NCBI GenBank assembly: GCA_964478715.1
Contig: CAYZIY010000001.1
Location: 213,196-277,195 of the forward strand
DNA length: 64,000 nucleotides
DNA from: an uncultured Planctomycetales bacterium
Lineage (GTDB): Bacteria > Omnitrophota > Gorgyraeia > Zapsychrales > JBDRMG01
Reading direction: 5' to 3'
Positions 18,542 through 27,554 of the stretch are shown here, piece by piece; within the stretch, counting starts at the first letter, position 1, and every line of letters starts with the position of its first letter. The translations under genes and the position numbers were made by a program. The notes under the pieces were generated by a model, which did not search any database, had not been told where the DNA came from, and was given only the letters and a program-made list of their open reading frames with translations.

Positions 18542-20818
18542 ATGAGTCTTAAGGTTTCAGCCAATGCGATGAAGGTTCTAGAAAGACGCTATCTAAAAAA
18601 AGATGAAACCGGCAAGGTGATCGAAAGCCCTGAGCAAATGTTTCGCCGGGTGGCTAAAGCCATTGCCGCAGTGGATGAAGATTACGGAGCTGAAGCCAAA
18701 GACATCAACAGGCTGGAAGACAATTTCTATTCCATGATTGCCAGTCTCGAGTTCATGCCTAATTCTCCGACTCTGATGAATGCCGGCCGTCCTTTGGGCC
18801 AGCTGAGTGCTTGTTTTGTATTGCCGATCGAAGATTCTATGACCTCCATTTTTGAAACTCTTAAAGCGACGGCCATTATCCATAAAACCGGCGGGGGAAC
18901 CGGATTCAGTTTTTCGCGTCTGCGCGAGAAAAACAGTATTGTTCAGGCCACGGGCGGCGTGGCATCTGGACCGATTTCATTTATGAAAGTTTTTGACGGC
19001 GCAACACAAGCAGTTAAGCAGGGCGGGACCCGCCGGGGAGCTAATATGGGGATCTTAAGAATCGATCATCCCGATATCCTGGAGTTTATCACTTGCAAGC
19101 AGGAAGATAAAGAGATCAGCAATTTCAACATCTCCGTTGCTGTGACAGAGAAATTTTGGAAGGCTTTGGAAAAAGATGAAGATTATGAGCTGATTTCTCC
19201 GCATACCAAAAAGGTGATTAAGAGAATTAGCGCCCGCGAAGTTTTCAAGCTGATTGTTAAAAGTGCCCACCGAAATGGGGAACCCGGATTGATTTTTATA
19301 GACAAGATGAATGAGTTTAATCCCACTCCGGCGATTGGTCAATATGAGGCTACGAATCCTTGCGGGGAACAGGTTCTGCTTCCCTATGAAAGTTGTAATT
19401 TGGGATCCATTAATTTACTGAGGATGATCAAGAAAACCGACAAAGGTTATGATCTTGACTGGGACAAGCTGGAAGACACGGTGCGTAAGGCCGTGCATTT
19501 TCTAGATAATGTGATTGATGCCAACAAGCATCCGATTCAAGAGATTGAAGATAAAACCAAGCTGACCCGCAAAATCGGTTTGGGTGTGATGGGCTGGTCT
19601 TCGCTGTTAGCCCGGATGGGCATTCCTTACGATACGAAGGAAGCGGTTGATTTGGCCGAGCACGTGATGTCGTTTATCTTAACCGAAGCGCGTTTAAAAT
19701 CGCTGGAGCTGGCCAAAGCCAAAGGCGTGTTTCCGGCATTTTCAAAAAGCATTTATGCCAAAGGCGGCAAAAAAAGACGCTTTCGTAATGCAACGCTGAC
19801 AACGATTGCCCCCACCGGAACGATTAGCATTATCGCCGGGCCGTGCTCTTCGGGGATCGAACCGATTTTTTCCATTTGTTATTACCGCAATGTAATGGAT
19901 AAAACCAGGCTGGTAGAAACCGATCCGGTCTTTGAGCAGATTGCCAAAGAGCGCGGATTTTATTCGGCCGAATTGATGAAGAAGATCGCTGAAGAGGGGG
20001 ATATCAAGGATATTGAAGAAATTCCCGATGATGTTAAAAAAGTCTTTATCACCTCGCATCATATTGCTCCTGAGTGGCACATTCGGATGCAGGCAGCATT
20101 TCAGAAATACACCGACAATGCGGTTTCCAAAACAATTAATTTTCCTAACGAAGCCAGCGAACAGGATGTCGAGGAAGCTTACCGGCTTTCCTATCAGCTT
20201 GGCTGTAAGGGTATCACCGTTTATCGCGACGGCAGTCGTCAGGAACAGGTCTTAAATATTTCTAAAAAAGAAGCCCAGAATAAGGCCCAGGAGCAACCGA
20301 AGGCGATACGCGGTCCGCGGCCCAGGCCGGAAGTGATGACCGGAACAACATCCAAAATTCTGACCGGCTGTGGGAATCTGTATGTGATTATCAATAATGA
20401 TGAAAACGGCAACCCATTTGAAGTTTTTACTCAAATCGGAAAAACCGGCGGATGCGCATCCAGTCAGCTGGAGGCCATCGGACGGTTGGTATCTTTGGCT
20501 TTGCGCTCAGGGGTAGATCCCAATGTGATTCAGGAACAGCTGAAAGGGATTCGCTGTCCGATTCCCTCCTGGGATAAAGGTGGTCGGGTGTTTTCTTGTG
20601 CGGATGCGATTTCTAAGATCCTAGAAAACCGGCTGAAGACCAAGCCGTTTGTTCAGGTAGTTGAATCTGGCTCACCGCAGAAAGACAAGAAGGAGAAAGT
20701 TCTTGTCGGCTCCAAGCGAAGAGGCAATATGGTCGGTGTCTGCCCCGATTGCCGAAGCCCCCTGCATCACGAAGAGGGGTGCCTGAAGTGCTACGGCTGC
20801 GGGTATTCGAAATGCTGA
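18542..20818 (+). CDS. nrdJ: Class II (adenosylcobalamin-dependent) ribonucleoside-diphosphate/triphosphate reductase
   Basis: Active-site signatures are NPCGEQVLLPYESCNLGSINL and TIAPTGTIS. A C-terminal Cys-rich zinc ribbon reads CPDCRSPLHHEEGCLKCYGCG. The start is placed at the ATG with a GGAGG RBS, where the ORF track extends to 18467. Confidence 0.9.
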   Translation: MSLKVSANAMKVLERRYLKKDETGKVIESPEQMFRRVAKAIAAVDEDYGAEAKDINRLEDNFYSMIASLEFMPNSPTLMNAGRPLGQLSACFVLPIEDSMTSIFETLKATAIIHKTGGGTGFSFSRLREKNSIVQATGGVASGPISFMKVFDGATQAVKQGGTRRGANMGILRIDHPDILEFITCKQEDKEISNFNISVAVTEKFWKALEKDEDYELISPHTKKVIKRISAREVFKLIVKSAHRNGEPGLIFIDKMNEFNPTPAIGQYEATNPCGEQVLLPYESCNLGSINLLRMIKKTDKGYDLDWDKLEDTVRKAVHFLDNVIDANKHPIQEIEDKTKLTRKIGLGVMGWSSLLARMGIPYDTKEAVDLAEHVMSFILTEARLKSLELAKAKGVFPAFSKSIYAKGGKKRRFRNATLTTIAPTGTISIIAGPCSSGIEPIFSICYYRNVMDKTRLVETDPVFEQIAKERGFYSAELMKKIAEEGDIKDIEEIPDDVKKVFITSHHIAPEWHIRMQAAFQKYTDNAVSKTINFPNEASEQDVEEAYRLSYQLGCKGITVYRDGSRQEQVLNISKKEAQNKAQEQPKAIRGPRPRPEVMTGTTSKILTGCGNLYVIINNDENGNPFEVFTQIGKTGGCASSQLEAIGRLVSLALRSGVDPNVIQEQLKGIRCPIPSWDKGGRVFSCADAISKILENRLKTKPFVQVVESGSPQKDKKEKVLVGSKRRGNMVGVCPDCRSPLHHEEGCLKCYGCGYSKC

Positions 20819-20842
20819 AATATTAACAGGGTTTATATGTTT

Positions 20843-20880
20843 GCGGCCCGCCATCAATTTGATGGCGGGCCGCTCTATTT
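20843..20880. terminator. Rho-independent terminator (14-bp perfect stem GCGGCCCGCCATCA/TGATGGCGGGCCGC)
   Basis: A GC-rich hairpin lies 25 nt after the nrdJ stop and is followed by a T-rich tract. Confidence 0.7.
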
Positions 20881-20900
20881 ATGTCGGTCTTATTTATACA

Positions 20901-20929
20901 TTGCAAAGGATATTCAGCTTCGTTATAAT
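20901..20929 (+). promoter_or_regulatory. sigma70-like promoter (TTGCAA-17-TATAAT) giving a probable leaderless transcript
   Basis: The -10 ends 6-7 nt before the ATG at 20936, and no RBS lies between them. Confidence 0.45.
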
Positions 20930-20935
20930 TACGCT

Positions 20936-21277
20936 ATGGAAATTGTTAGAAATACCATCAGCCTTAATCAATTACAAGCAATAGCTCAAAGGACGTTTGG
21001 TGATATGGTGAAAGCTGTCATTGATGTAGATCAGGAAATTATTGCCATTGATGCGGAACTGCATTCTGATTTAGAAGCTTTTTTGCTTGAAAACGGTTCA
21101 AAACAAAAGGATCTATGGGGTATTAATTTGTATCCCGACGCACAGGGAAATGATTTCGTGGAATTCGATTCCATGATTAATATACGTCCTTCTCAAGGAA
21201 ACAGGTCTCGAGGCGTAGATGATGCTTCGATTCGAACCGGAATCATAGATGTTGTTGATAAAAGGATTCAAAAATGA
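20936..21277 (+). CDS. Hypothetical protein (113 aa)
   Basis: The ORF MEIVRNTISLNQLQAIAQ... has no recognised domain. Its start was chosen at the ATG after the terminator and promoter, where the track extends upstream through the terminator. Confidence 0.45.
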   Translation: MEIVRNTISLNQLQAIAQRTFGDMVKAVIDVDQEIIAIDAELHSDLEAFLLENGSKQKDLWGINLYPDAQGNDFVEFDSMINIRPSQGNRSRGVDDASIRTGIIDVVDKRIQK

Positions 21278-21615
21278 CGATCCAGCATAAGGAGCTCGCA
21301 AAGGGAAGATGGAGCAAATTTTCTATTATTGAGCAGTTGGCTCATATTGGCAGTGAAATCAGCCGGGCTCTCAATTGGCGGGCGAAAGAAAATCAGGACT
21401 ATTGCGATCGAGCGGTAGAACGCGCGCTTGAGCTGATCGATCTTACCCTGTGCTCAGTAAGCGGTTTGGCCCGTAAAAAAGAAATGACCCGAATCAGAGA
21501 GGCGCTGCTTGATTTTTTCTACGGACAAAACGAATTTTCCTCTACCGAAGAATCCTGGCGAATGTATTTCGATCATTTCGCTTATGCTGCACGAAAAAGC
21601 AGATCAACTACGTAA
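21274..21615 (+). CDS. Hypothetical protein (113 aa), translationally coupled to upstream ORF
   Basis: The start overlaps the upstream stop in an ATGA. Function is unknown. Confidence 0.45.
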   Translation: MTIQHKELAKGRWSKFSIIEQLAHIGSEISRALNWRAKENQDYCDRAVERALELIDLTLCSVSGLARKKEMTRIREALLDFFYGQNEFSSTEESWRMYFDHFAYAARKSRSTT

Positions 21616-22035
21616 TCACTACGTGGTCTGATGGAATTCTTAAATTACGCACTCAAGTACGTACTTTATTTTGAGAAAAGAAAAAGTTTATGCCTCTTTA
21701 AGCGTGAATCTTTTTTTTCGAATGAGAATGAATAATGAGAAAGACAGGCAAGCAGAGAGAGTAAGCAGAAGGTGCTAGATAAGTGCCACGAGCGGCACTA
21801 ATCTGTCCTGCCCGATATTTCAAAATTTCAACATGAGCGCTGTTCGCAGCATTCATCGGTACCCATTTTTCTCTACGCGGAATGCCATGTCTCTGAGAGC
21901 GTGGATGGATAGCTTTTAATAGCTTCTTAATAGTTTTTGATTCAACAAAACAGTTGCAAATTTCTGTTTTTTAGTTACGATAGTAATGTTTAAATATTTC
22001 CGCAATCAATCTTCTTTTTTAAAGAAAGGTATCCC

Positions 22036-25000
22036 ATGGAACGCAAGCAAATCATGATCGACGGAAACGAAGCCGCGGCGCGCGTGGCACACAAAGTTAG
22101 CGAAGTCATTGCGATTTATCCGATCACTCCCTCATCGCCGATGGGGGAATGGGCTGATGCCTGGTCGGCTCAAGGGCAAACCAATATCTGGGGAACGGTT
22201 CCCTTTGTCCAGGAGATGCAGTCTGAAGGAGGGGCAGCTGGTGCTGTCCATGGCGCTACGCAGACCGGAGCGCTCACGACCACTTTCACCGCCTCCCAGG
22301 GTCTGCTTCTGATGATTCCTAATATGTACAAAATCGCCGGCGAATTAAGCCCGGCGCTTTTTCATGTCTCGGCACGATCCGTGGCCTGCCAGGCGCTTTC
22401 GATTTTTGGTGATCATAGCGATGTGATGGCGGCTCGTCAAACCGGTTTTGCTCTTTTAGCCTCTGGCTCCATTCAGGAAGTTATGGATATGGCTTTGATC
22501 GCCCATGCTTCATCGCTGGAAACCCGTGTTCCTTTTCTGCACTTTTTTGATGGTTTCCGTTCTTCTCATGAGATTCAAAAAATTGAGGAAATCGGTGATG
22601 ATGTGATCAAAGCTTTGATCAATGACGAAAGAGTTATTGAGCATCGTCAACGTGCGCTCTCGCCGGATCATCCGGTGCTGCGTGGGACCGCCCAGAATCC
22701 GGATGTCTTTTTCCAGGCCCGGGAGACGGTTAATCCATTTTACGAAAAATGTCCCGGGGTGGTTCAGGAGATGATGAATAAATTTGCCAAACTCACCGGA
22801 AGGCAATATCATTTATTTGATTATTACGGAGCCAAAGATGCCGAACGCGTTATTATTTTGATGGCTTCAGGGATTGAAGCGGCTCATGAGGCCGTGGATT
22901 ATTTGACCGGAGAAGGCGAAAAAGTTGGGGTCTTGAAGGTTCGGCTCTATCGTCCATTTTCGGCTAAGGATTTTATGGATGCGATTCCGTCTTCTGCGAG
23001 GGTTTTGGCCTGCCTAGACCGCACCAAAGAGCCCGGCAGTATCGGTGAGCCGCTTTACCTGGACGCGGTCACGGCCATCAAGGAAGACCCTCGGATCAAT
23101 CCTAAAATTATCGGTGGACGCTACGGATTGTCTTCGAAGGAATTCACCACAGCGATGGTCAAAGGCGTGTTTGATGAAATGAAAAAGGACAACCCCAAGA
23201 ATCATTTTACCGTCGGCATCAAAGATGATGTCACTCATACCAGCATCGAATACGACGAAAACTTCAAGACCGAAGACGAACAGGGTGTGCAGGCAATTTT
23301 CTATGGTCTGGGATCGGATGGGACCGTCAGCGCCAACAAAAATTCTATCAAGATCATCGGAGAAGGCACAAAGAACTACGCGCAAGGATACTTTGTTTAC
23401 GATTCCAAGAAAGCGGGATCGGTTACGGTTTCCCACCTGCGTTTTGGCCCCAATCCCATCCATTCCACTTATCTGGTGAGCGCGGCCAATTTCATCGGTT
23501 GTCATCAATTTGTTTTCCTTGAAAAATATGATGTCCTTAAAAAAGCCAAGCCGGAGGCGGTTTTTCTTTTAAATAGCCCTTATGGCAAGAACGAGGTCTG
23601 GGATAAGGTTCCTAAGGAAGTTCAAGAGCAGATCATCGATAAGAAACTCAAATTTTACGTAATCGATGCTTACAAGGTCGCCGAGGAAACCGGCATGGGG
23701 GTGCGTATTAACACGATTATGCAGACTTGTTTCTTTGCGATTTCAGGTGTTTTACCCAAAGAGGAAGCTATCGAGCAGATAAAAAAATCCATTCAGAAAA
23801 CCTACGGCAAAAAGGGCGAGGAAATAGTGAAGAAGAATTACCATGCTGTTGATCAGACCTTGGTTAATTTACATCAAATTGATGTACCTCAAAAGGCCAC
23901 CAGCCAAATTGAAAAACCACCGGTGGTCAGTTCTGAGGCCCCGGAGTTTGTTCAGATGGTTACCTCCAGAATCATGGCCGCCGAGGGTGACGAATTGCCG
24001 GTGAGTGCTTTGCCCTGTGACGGAACTTATCCGACCGGAACGACAAAATGGGAAAAGCGCAATGTGGCCCTGCAGTGCCCGGTTTGGAACCCGGATATTT
24101 GCATCCAGTGCGGCAAGTGTGCGATGGTCTGTCCGCATGCGGTGATCCGGATGAAAGTTTACGATTCTAAGGAGCTTAAAGGCGCTCCGGAAACATTAAA
24201 ATCGACAGATGCCAAAAATAAAAATTGGGCCGGAAAAAAATGCACGATCCAAGTATCTGTGGAGGATTGTACCGGTTGTGGAGCTTGTGTGTTTACCTGT
24301 CCAGCCAAAAGCAAAGAGGATCCCAAGAAAAAAGCGATCAATATGCATCCTCAGATTCCGTTGAGGGAAATAGAAAAAAAGAACTGGGAATTTTTCCTCA
24401 AGATTCCTGAAATGGATCGTAATCTCGTGAATAAAAAGATGGTCCGTGAGGCTATGGTTCTGCAGCCCTTGTTTGAATTTTCAGGTGCTTGCGCTGGTTG
24501 CGGAGAGACGCCTTACGTGAAATTAATCACCCAGCTTTATGGTGATCGCATGGTGATTGCTAATGCGACCGGGTGTTCTTCGATTTACGGAGGGAATCTG
24601 CCGACCACTCCTTACACGACCAATCTAGAGGGTAAGGGGCCGGCCTGGTCCAATTCTCTGTTTGAAGATAATGCTGAATTCGGGTTCGGATTTCGCCTGA
24701 CGATTGACAAGCAAACCGAGTATGCCTGTGAGCTTTTAAAGAAGGTTTCCTCCCAAGTCGGAGAACAGGTGGCGCAAGGTATTCTCAATAATGCCCAGGC
24801 CGATGAGCCGGCTATCTTTAAACAGCGCAAGATGGTGGAACAGCTTAAAGAAAAGCTAAAAACGGTAAAAAGCAATGAGGCCAAACAACTTTTGAGTGTG
24901 GCGGATATGCTGGTCAAAAAGAGTGTTTGGATCTTAGGCGGTGACGGATGGGCTTACGACATCGGTTACGGTGGATTAGATCACGTTTTGGCTTCAGGAC

Positions 25001-25602
25001 GCAACGTCAATATTCTCGTTTTGGATACGGAAGTGTATTCCAATACCGGTGGGCAGGCATCCAAGGCGACACCTCGGGCAGCTGTGGCTAAATTTGCGGC
25101 CAGCGGTAAGCCAGTAGCCAAAAAAGATCTGGCACGTATGGCCATGACCTACGGCACGGTGTATGTCGCTCAGATTGCAATGGGAGCCAATGATATGCAG
25201 GCGCTCAAAGCGACGACCGAAGCCGAAAATTATGACGGTCCGTCTCTGATTATTGCCTACAGTCATTGCATCGCCCATGGCATCAATATGACAACCGCAA
25301 TGAACAATCAGAAAATGGCGGTGGCCAGCGGTTATTGGCCGCTGTTTCGCTACCATCCGGATCTAGCCAAGGAAGGGAAGAATCCTTTCATGCTCGATTC
25401 GCAGGAGCCGAAGATGCCATTCGCCGAGTTTGCTTACAATGAAAATCGTTTCAAGATGCTTACAAAGTCGATGCCGGAGCATGCCAAGAAACTGATTGAA
25501 GAGGCCCAAAGAGATGTGGATAATAAATGGAAGATCATTGACGCTTTGGTTGCCGGAACCGATCCGGCCAGTTTAAAGAAAGAGCCGGTAACGGTAAAAT
25601 AA
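22036..25602 (+). CDS. nifJ: Pyruvate:ferredoxin (flavodoxin) oxidoreductase, single-polypeptide NifJ/PFOR type
   Basis: The 1188-aa protein has two ferredoxin CxxCxxCxxxCP motifs (CIQCGKCAMVCP; CTGCGACVFTCP). The TPP domain is marked by GGDGWAYDIGYGGLDH. Confidence 0.95.
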   Translation: MERKQIMIDGNEAAARVAHKVSEVIAIYPITPSSPMGEWADAWSAQGQTNIWGTVPFVQEMQSEGGAAGAVHGATQTGALTTTFTASQGLLLMIPNMYKIAGELSPALFHVSARSVACQALSIFGDHSDVMAARQTGFALLASGSIQEVMDMALIAHASSLETRVPFLHFFDGFRSSHEIQKIEEIGDDVIKALINDERVIEHRQRALSPDHPVLRGTAQNPDVFFQARETVNPFYEKCPGVVQEMMNKFAKLTGRQYHLFDYYGAKDAERVIILMASGIEAAHEAVDYLTGEGEKVGVLKVRLYRPFSAKDFMDAIPSSARVLACLDRTKEPGSIGEPLYLDAVTAIKEDPRINPKIIGGRYGLSSKEFTTAMVKGVFDEMKKDNPKNHFTVGIKDDVTHTSIEYDENFKTEDEQGVQAIFYGLGSDGTVSANKNSIKIIGEGTKNYAQGYFVYDSKKAGSVTVSHLRFGPNPIHSTYLVSAANFIGCHQFVFLEKYDVLKKAKPEAVFLLNSPYGKNEVWDKVPKEVQEQIIDKKLKFYVIDAYKVAEETGMGVRINTIMQTCFFAISGVLPKEEAIEQIKKSIQKTYGKKGEEIVKKNYHAVDQTLVNLHQIDVPQKATSQIEKPPVVSSEAPEFVQMVTSRIMAAEGDELPVSALPCDGTYPTGTTKWEKRNVALQCPVWNPDICIQCGKCAMVCPHAVIRMKVYDSKELKGAPETLKSTDAKNKNWAGKKCTIQVSVEDCTGCGACVFTCPAKSKEDPKKKAINMHPQIPLREIEKKNWEFFLKIPEMDRNLVNKKMVREAMVLQPLFEFSGACAGCGETPYVKLITQLYGDRMVIANATGCSSIYGGNLPTTPYTTNLEGKGPAWSNSLFEDNAEFGFGFRLTIDKQTEYACELLKKVSSQVGEQVAQGILNNAQADEPAIFKQRKMVEQLKEKLKTVKSNEAKQLLSVADMLVKKSVWILGGDGWAYDIGYGGLDHVLASGRNVNILVLDTEVYSNTGGQASKATPRAAVAKFAASGKPVAKKDLARMAMTYGTVYVAQIAMGANDMQALKATTEAENYDGPSLIIAYSHCIAHGINMTTAMNNQKMAVASGYWPLFRYHPDLAKEGKNPFMLDSQEPKMPFAEFAYNENRFKMLTKSMPEHAKKLIEEAQRDVDNKWKIIDALVAGTDPASLKKEPVTVK

Positions 25603-25624
25603 AAATAAAATAGGAAATTATGAC

Positions 25625-25661
25625 GGGCTGAAATCACGTAGTGATTTCAGCCCTTTTTCTT
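25625..25661 (+). terminator. Rho-independent terminator (GGGCTGAAATCAC-gta-GTGATTTCAGCCC + TTTTTCTT)
   Basis: A 13-bp perfect stem with a 3-nt loop and a T-tract lies 23 nt after the PFOR stop. Confidence 0.8.
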
Positions 25662-25743
25662 GACCCGTAAAGAAAATTGTCCCTTGCTCCATCTGCTGTT
25701 TCGCAGTACAATCAAAAAAAGAATAAAGGAAAACAAATGCATC

Positions 25744-27531
25744 ATGTCCATCCAGAAAACCAAAAAACAAATCACGGATGATCTCAAAGGTCACGAGCGG
25801 CCCTTTCGCAATCTCATCGAATCGCTTAAAACCGGAGTGTACATGGCGGATTCTCAAGGCCGCCTGATTTACGCCAACCGTTCCTATGTGCAGATACTCG
25901 GTTACAAAAGTAAGAAAGAACTCTTTGGCGTTAATATTGAGAAGCGGCTTTACGGCAACCCGGATGACCGGCGGAAATTTTTAAAACGCATGCGCCAGGA
26001 TGGTTTTGTTAAAGACTATGAAGTCAAAAATAAGCGAAAAGACGGTTCGGAAATTATTCTTTCTGTCACCAGCAATCTTATCCGCAATGATTTGGGGCAT
26101 ATTGTGGGAACCGAAGGGATCGTCCGTGACATCACTGAGGAAAAAAGGGCTCAAGAAGCGATTCGCCGGGAAAAGGATTTCAGTCAGGCCCTGCTGGATA
26201 CAATTCCTTTTGGCATGGAGATTGTCGATGAAAACGGGATGATTCTATTTCTTAATAATCAGTTTAAGATATTATTCGGCTCAAAAGCGATCGGAAAAAA
26301 ATGTTGGGAGCTCTACAAAGACAATAAAAAGCAGTGTTCGATGTGCCCTTTGTTGAAGGGAATTAAGATTGGCGAAACGAAAACAATTGAAACCGCGGCT
26401 GCTCTTGGCGGACGTTCTTTTGAAATCACGCATACGGGTATGCTTTATGAAGGCAGAAGAGCCATATTGGAAATATTTAAAGATGTTACTGCGCGTAAAG
26501 AAGCTGAGCGGAAACTAAAGATTACTCGGGAGACATTAAAAACTGAAAAACAAAAATTGGAACAGGTCTTGGGGATTGACCAGCGGATCAGCTCCATTTT
26601 GGAAATCAATCATCTGGTCGACTTCATTATTGAGAAGGCCAGCGATATTTTAGAAGCCCAGCGCTGCTCGCTGATGCTTCTTGATCCGCAAACTCAGGAA
26701 TTGATCATCAAAGGCGCGATCGGCCTTGATGAAGATATCATTAAAAACACCAGATTAAAAATTGGTGAACAGATCGCCGGTCGGGTAGCCAAGGAGGGCA
26801 AGCCGCTTTTGGTAGTCAATATCGAATCACAAAAACCTATTGCCCGCAGAAACCGGCCGACTTATCAAGGTAAATCCTTTATTTCGGTTCCCATCAAACT
26901 GCACAATAAAATCGTAGGCGTAGTTAATATTTCCGATAAAGATTCTCTAAAGGAAGATGTGTTTAATCACATTGATTTGAAGATTCTCTCGACCATCGTT
27001 CGTCAGGCAGCAATCGCTATCGAAAACGCAAACTATTACAAGGAGCTCGAGTATCTCTCCAGCTCCGATTCTTTGACCGGACTTTACAATCACCGCTATT
27101 TTGTCAAACGTCTCGATCAGGAAATCGACCGCTCCAAAAGATACCCCAAAGCCTTATGCTTGATGATTGTCGATGTGGATGATTTCAAATCGTACAATGA
27201 TTCCTTTGGCCATCTGGAGGGCGATCATCTTTTAAAGGTAGTCGCCAAACTGCTCAAAAATAGTTTACGATCTGTTGACATTGTCTGCCGCTATGCCGGC
27301 GATGAATTTACGGTGATTCTTCCGGAGACGGACATGAAGGGAGCTCATCGGATCGCCGAAAAAATTCTTGCGGCCACGAAGTCTCTGAAACTCAAGCAAT
27401 CTGTGTCTTTAAGTATTGGCATCTCTTTGTGCACGCCGAAAATGGATCGCTACGATCTGATCATGAAAACCGATCAGGCCTTGTATCAGGCGAAAAAAGA
27501 GGGCAAAGATAAAATATGTACTTTTTCTTAA
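25744..27531 (+). CDS. PAS-GAF-GGDEF diguanylate cyclase
   Basis: A PAS/PAC region (GVYMADSQGRLIYANRSY...) is followed by a second sensory domain and a GAF-like domain. The C-terminal GGDEF domain reads RYAGDEFTVILPETD, with an RxxD I-site-like KRYPKALCLMIVDVDDF. The start is the ATG at 25744, where the ORF track begins at an upstream TTG. Confidence 0.9.
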   Translation: MSIQKTKKQITDDLKGHERPFRNLIESLKTGVYMADSQGRLIYANRSYVQILGYKSKKELFGVNIEKRLYGNPDDRRKFLKRMRQDGFVKDYEVKNKRKDGSEIILSVTSNLIRNDLGHIVGTEGIVRDITEEKRAQEAIRREKDFSQALLDTIPFGMEIVDENGMILFLNNQFKILFGSKAIGKKCWELYKDNKKQCSMCPLLKGIKIGETKTIETAAALGGRSFEITHTGMLYEGRRAILEIFKDVTARKEAERKLKITRETLKTEKQKLEQVLGIDQRISSILEINHLVDFIIEKASDILEAQRCSLMLLDPQTQELIIKGAIGLDEDIIKNTRLKIGEQIAGRVAKEGKPLLVVNIESQKPIARRNRPTYQGKSFISVPIKLHNKIVGVVNISDKDSLKEDVFNHIDLKILSTIVRQAAIAIENANYYKELEYLSSSDSLTGLYNHRYFVKRLDQEIDRSKRYPKALCLMIVDVDDFKSYNDSFGHLEGDHLLKVVAKLLKNSLRSVDIVCRYAGDEFTVILPETDMKGAHRIAEKILAATKSLKLKQSVSLSIGISLCTPKMDRYDLIMKTDQALYQAKKEGKDKICTFS

Positions 27532-27554
27532 ACATTGTCTCCCCCTAGAGGGCA

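Noticed and set aside
21611-25653. Motif cACGTAGTG shared between the 21616 region and the PFOR terminator.
   Set aside because: It is a short near-palindrome occurring once in each place. It is adequately explained as part of the terminator stem in the second case, so it is probably coincidence.
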